Below are positions 42,234-45,630 of a stretch of 45,630 nucleotides of DNA, piece by piece (the stretch's first letter is position 1; each line of letters starts with the position of its first letter). This DNA comes from Candidatus Micrarchaeota archaeon (GTDB taxonomy: Archaea > Micrarchaeota > Micrarchaeia > Norongarragalinales > Norongarragalinaceae), in contig CAYZDE010000002.1 in assembly GCA_964477205.1 (NCBI GenBank), positions 3,653 through 49,282 on the forward strand. Direction: 5' to 3'. The notes under the pieces were generated by a model. That model did no database searches, was not told the origin of the DNA, and saw only the letters and a list, made by a program, of their open reading frames with translations. Position numbers and translations under genes: made by a program.

Positions 42234-43346
42234 TCACACCCAAATGCAGCCTTCCTCGCCGCCGTCAGCTCTTTCCACGAGCGCACGCAAGTGGTCAACG
42301 GTAACATCCTTGCCGCCCATGCCCGCTATAGCGCTCAAAACTTTAGCTCGGTTGCCCGCGTTGTGCAGGCAAGCCTTCAACTCCACTGACAAAGCGCCTT
42401 CAAAGCCCAAACTCACGGACTTTTCAATAACGAGGATTTTCTCCTTGCCTTCAAGCGCCTTCGCGAGCGCTTCAACCGGGAACGGCCGCCAGCACTTCAA
42501 GCGCACGATGCCGACCTTGCCGTCATCCGCAACTATCTCGGCCTCTTCAGCGAGGCTGCCCAGGGTGACGATTGCAATCGGCTTGTCATTAGCGTACTCT
42601 TCAATCAACCCGAATTGCTCGCGCCCGAACTTGTCGGAGAACTCCTTCGCGACTTCCTCGATTACGAGCGCGCTGTTCTTCAACGCGCCGTCAAGCTCGC
42701 GGCGGAACTCTTGGTAATCACTCGGCATGGCGTAACAGCCAAGGGCAACCGGAGCGTCCACGTCGAGAACGTCCTCTTGAACGCGCTTCGGGAGGAAAGC
42801 CGCGATTTCATCTTGTGAGGGAATGTCCACCGGGCAAACTTCATGCGTGAGGTAGAACCCGTCAAAGCAAACCATCGCAGGAATTTTCACTTTCTCCGCG
42901 ACCTTGAATGCTTGAATCAGCGTGTCCAAGGCCTCTTGATTGTTCTTGCAGTATAATTGAATCCAACCCGCGTCGCGCTGCGACACCGAGTCCTGCCAGT
43001 CATTCCAAATGTTCAAGGGCGCGCCGATCGCACGGTTCGCCACTCCCATTACAAGCGGCAGCCTCATGCCTGCGGCGTTGAACAAAACCTCGTGCATTAA
43101 CAAGAGCCCTTGGCTGCTCGTCGCAGTGAAGACGCGCGCTCCGGCGGCTGAAGCGCCGAGTATGGCGCTGATTGCCGAGAACTCTGCTTCAACAGGAACG
43201 AATTCGAACCCGTACTTTGGCTGGATTCGCGACAACTCTTGGGGAATATGCGTTGACGGCGTAATCGGAAACGCCGCTACTACTTCGGGGCCACAGCGTG
43301 CCGCCGCATGGGCGAACGCCAGGCTACCCTCCATTATTTCTCTCAT
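42234..43346 (-). CDS. porA: Pyruvate (2-oxoacid):ferredoxin oxidoreductase alpha subunit
   Basis: MEGSLAFAHAAARCGPEVVAAFPITPST... is typical of the POR/VOR alpha N terminus. At 370 aa there is no fused gamma domain. Confidence 0.85.
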   Translation of the reverse strand: MREIMEGSLAFAHAAARCGPEVVAAFPITPSTHIPQELSRIQPKYGFEFVPVEAEFSAISAILGASAAGARVFTATSSQGLLLMHEVLFNAAGMRLPLVMGVANRAIGAPLNIWNDWQDSVSQRDAGWIQLYCKNNQEALDTLIQAFKVAEKVKIPAMVCFDGFYLTHEVCPVDIPSQDEIAAFLPKRVQEDVLDVDAPVALGCYAMPSDYQEFRRELDGALKNSALVIEEVAKEFSDKFGREQFGLIEEYANDKPIAIVTLGSLAEEAEIVADDGKVGIVRLKCWRPFPVEALAKALEGKEKILVIEKSVSLGFEGALSVELKACLHNAGNRAKVLSAIAGMGGKDVTVDHLRALVERADGGEEGCIWV

Positions 43347-43783
43347 TTGAATACCACTCCATACAATAAATTATCCGGTAACATCAACCATAACAAAGCT
43401 AGGAAGCCCAAAGCGAGTAGGGCCAAGCCGGCATAGAACAAGGCAATGCGCGAATCCTTCGGGACGAGAGTCGCTTTGAGGACGCCCGCCTGCGTTAATA
43501 TAATAGAGAACATTGTGCCGATGGCCATGACGGCTATTGCCCCCCAGAACTCCAGAAAAGACGGCTCGATGACGCGCTCGCAAGCCAAGTCACTCAATAA
43601 GAGCGTGTTTACGAGGAGCAAGGCTAAGCCGACCGCACTCAATGCTACCGAAGCCACCCAATACTTTCGGCCCCTCGCGCGGTTCAATAAGCCGAGCAAG
43701 GCGCCGTTCCAAGAGTAAACGCCGAGCCAAGTCCCGCCTAGGAAGAAAAGGAAACCCGTCCAAAGCCACCAAAACATGTTCAT
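43343..43783 (-). CDS. Four-helix integral membrane protein embedded in the oxidoreductase operon
   Basis: 146 aa with four hydrophobic segments. ATGA overlaps join it to porD on the upstream side and porA on the downstream side. Confidence 0.6.
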   Translation of the reverse strand: MNMFWWLWTGFLFFLGGTWLGVYSWNGALLGLLNRARGRKYWVASVALSAVGLALLLVNTLLLSDLACERVIEPSFLEFWGAIAVMAIGTMFSIILTQAGVLKATLVPKDSRIALFYAGLALLALGFLALLWLMLPDNLLYGVVFK

Positions 43784-44013
43784 TCTAACTCCATCTTAAT
43801 GCACTTGACCGGGCACTCATTAGCGCAAATGCCGCAGCCCTTACAGTAATCCAAGTCGACTACCGCCTTCCCGTCCACGATTTTAATGGCCTCGTCCGGG
43901 CAGAACCGCGCGCAGGTACCACAGCCAATGCACTTTTCCTTGTCGATTACGGGCTTTTGAGAGCGCCACGAACCCGTCTTATTATTACAATTAGGTTTAA
44001 TCGAAGTATTCAT
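43780..44013 (-). CDS. porD: Oxidoreductase delta subunit (2x[4Fe-4S] ferredoxin-like)
   Basis: [12 protein letters not shown] and [12 protein letters not shown] cluster motifs; 77 aa. Confidence 0.8.
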   Translation of the reverse strand: MNTSIKPNCNNKTGSWRSQKPVIDKEKCIGCGTCARFCPDEAIKIVDGKAVVDLDYCKGCGICANECPVKCIKMELE

Positions 44014-44046
44014 GATACCCTTTTATTTGCAGTCTATTAATAAGGT

Positions 44047-45495
44047 TTGAGGAGCACTTCGCAAATGAACAAGACGAGCCTATCAATATTAAAAGCGTTG
44101 ACAAGCGAGTACGTCGACGCCCGCGAAGTCGCGGAACTCGCGGGAGTGAATTTCGACTCGGTAATGAGCTCACTGCAAGGATTAAAGCAGGACGGCCTCG
44201 TGAAAGTCGAGAAAAAAGAGGGCATTCAACGCGAACTCACTGACGAAGGCGCAGAGTACGCGAAGAAAGGCCTGCCGGAGCGCAGGCTTCGCGAAGCAAT
44301 TGCCGGGAAAGCGAGCATAGCCGAGGCAGTAGCCAAAGCAAAACTCTCACCAAAGGAAAAAGGCATAGCACTGCAATGGGCCAAGAAGAACAAGTGGCTT
44401 TTCATGGAGAGGGATAATGGGGAAATCGTTTTGAAAGCCTCGGACGCGCCGGAGAGCCAAATTGAAAAAGCGTTGAAGTCCATTGACTCAGCAAAAGGCA
44501 AGGCGTTCAAAGAACTGGAAGCGCGCGGGCTCGGCCGGGAAACAACGAAGAAGAGTTTTCGAGCGTGCGTGACCGCAAAAGGCGCGAAGGTCGTGAAGAG
44601 CGCGCGCGTAATCGCAACTCAATTGACTCCCGACGACTTGAAGGCCGGCGCTTGGAGGAAAAAAGATTATGCGAGTTACGACCTCGCAACGCTCAACACT
44701 AATTACGATTACGGCAAGAAACACGCTTACAAAGAGTTCCTAAATGAAATCAAGGGTAAGCTGGTGGCTCTCGGCTTCAAGGAAGCGCGCGGGCCGCTAG
44801 TCGAGCTCGAGTTCTGGAACATGGACGCGCTGTTCATGGCGCAAGACCACCCGGCCCGCGAGATTCACGACGTATTCCAAATTGACGACCCGGCGCGCGG
44901 CGAAATACTAAACCGGGAAACACTCGCGCGGGTACGCAAAGCGCACGAGGAAGGCCTCGCCGGCTCGAAAGGGTGGGGCTACAAATGGGACCCGGAAATC
45001 GCGGCGCGTTTAGTCATGCGCTCGCAGACCACCGCCGTGAGCGCTCGCGAGCTCGCCAAGGGAGTGGAAGTGCCGGGACGCGTGTTCTGCATCGGGCGCG
45101 TTTTCCGCCCGGACGAAATCGATTGGAAGCACTTTATTGAATTCAACCAATGCGAGGGCATAGTCGCGGACCAGGGAATGACGTTCCGTGAGTTACTCGG
45201 CTACTTGCGCGACTTTGCAATGGAAGTGTTCGGCGCCGAGAGGGTAAAATTCGCTCCGTCGTACTTCCCGTTCACCGAGCCCAGCGTTGAAATGTTCGCG
45301 GACATACCCGGCAAGGGCTGGGCCGAGGTAGGCGGCGCGGGAATGTTCCGCCCGGAGATGCTCGAAGCGCTCGGCGTTGAAGTGCCGGTCCTAGCTTGGG
45401 GCTTGGGAATCGACCGCCTGGCAATGATTAAGCTCGGCGCAACGGACATCCGAGATTTGTTCTCGCACGACTTGGAATTCTTGAGGTCACGATAA
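44047..45495 (+). CDS. pheS: Phenylalanyl-tRNA synthetase alpha subunit (archaeal/eukaryotic type)
   Basis: Long N-terminal winged-helix region and a class II core (HPAREIHDVF, FRPDEIDWKHFIEFNQCEG, FPFTEPSVE, GAGMFRPEML). Confidence 0.9.
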   Translation: MRSTSQMNKTSLSILKALTSEYVDAREVAELAGVNFDSVMSSLQGLKQDGLVKVEKKEGIQRELTDEGAEYAKKGLPERRLREAIAGKASIAEAVAKAKLSPKEKGIALQWAKKNKWLFMERDNGEIVLKASDAPESQIEKALKSIDSAKGKAFKELEARGLGRETTKKSFRACVTAKGAKVVKSARVIATQLTPDDLKAGAWRKKDYASYDLATLNTNYDYGKKHAYKEFLNEIKGKLVALGFKEARGPLVELEFWNMDALFMAQDHPAREIHDVFQIDDPARGEILNRETLARVRKAHEEGLAGSKGWGYKWDPEIAARLVMRSQTTAVSARELAKGVEVPGRVFCIGRVFRPDEIDWKHFIEFNQCEGIVADQGMTFRELLGYLRDFAMEVFGAERVKFAPSYFPFTEPSVEMFADIPGKGWAEVGGAGMFRPEMLEALGVEVPVLAWGLGIDRLAMIKLGATDIRDLFSHDLEFLRSR

Positions 45496-45630
45496 TGGTA
45501 AGCATTCAAATTTCAAAGAAATGGCTCCTCAACGAGCTAAAGGTAAGCGAAGCAGAATTAATCGATGCGCTGCCCCAAATCAAAGCGGAAGTGGACGCAA
45601 ACAATGAATTACTTTGCTTGAGCATCACGG
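45495..45630 (+). CDS. pheT: Phenylalanyl-tRNA synthetase beta subunit, N-terminal fragment (continues beyond the window)
   Basis: The ATG overlaps the pheS stop (TAATG). The open frame MVSIQISKKWLLNELKVSEAELIDAL... runs to the window edge, in the conserved pheS-pheT order. Confidence 0.6.
   Translation, partial: MVSIQISKKWLLNELKVSEAELIDALPQIKAEVDANNELLCLSIT

Overview
This is a gene-dense archaeal chromosome segment with about 60 protein genes, six intron-less tRNA genes that lack an encoded CCA, and short intergenic regions. Many gene pairs overlap at stop and start (ATGA or GTGA), and several starts look leaderless.

The archaeal assignment rests on topoisomerase VI A and B, aIF5A, EF-1alpha followed by ribosomal protein S10, Alba, an Sm-like protein, SepF, archaeal-type PheRS alpha and beta, TrmI, and BRE/TATA-like promoter elements.

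Housekeeping content: HisRS next to tRNA-His and AlaX; a DEAD-box helicase; MetK; endonuclease III; TrkAH and Kef potassium systems; MscS; a MATE transporter; and a 2-oxoacid:ferredoxin oxidoreductase operon.

The most unusual locus is the anaerobic ribonucleotide reductase region (27.6-31.2 kb).
- A complete NrdR-like module (zinc ribbon plus ATP-cone) is fused in frame to the N terminus of NrdD.
- The C-terminal glycyl-radical segment of NrdD sits in a separate 59-codon ORF. It is in the same frame, behind two stop codons, and has its own Shine-Dalgarno.
- The upstream leader holds two pairs of NrdR-box-like palindromes with 32-bp centre spacing.

Other observations:
- An AT-rich single-gene islet is bounded by a 12-bp direct repeat of the tRNA-Ala 3' end.
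- A 20-bp exact duplication of the tRNA-His 3' end brackets a highly self-complementary 200-bp segment.
- A Fic gene is flanked by imperfect inverted repeats.
- A membrane protein is translationally coupled inside the oxidoreductase operon, which has no gamma subunit in this window.
- An ORF starts 2 nt after tRNA-Gln.
- A PEP-utilizer domain remnant is present.
- Topo VI B carries an insertion in its ATPase fold.

No CRISPR array, rRNA, transposase or integrase was recognised. All family assignments come from motif recognition by eye; no database search was possible.
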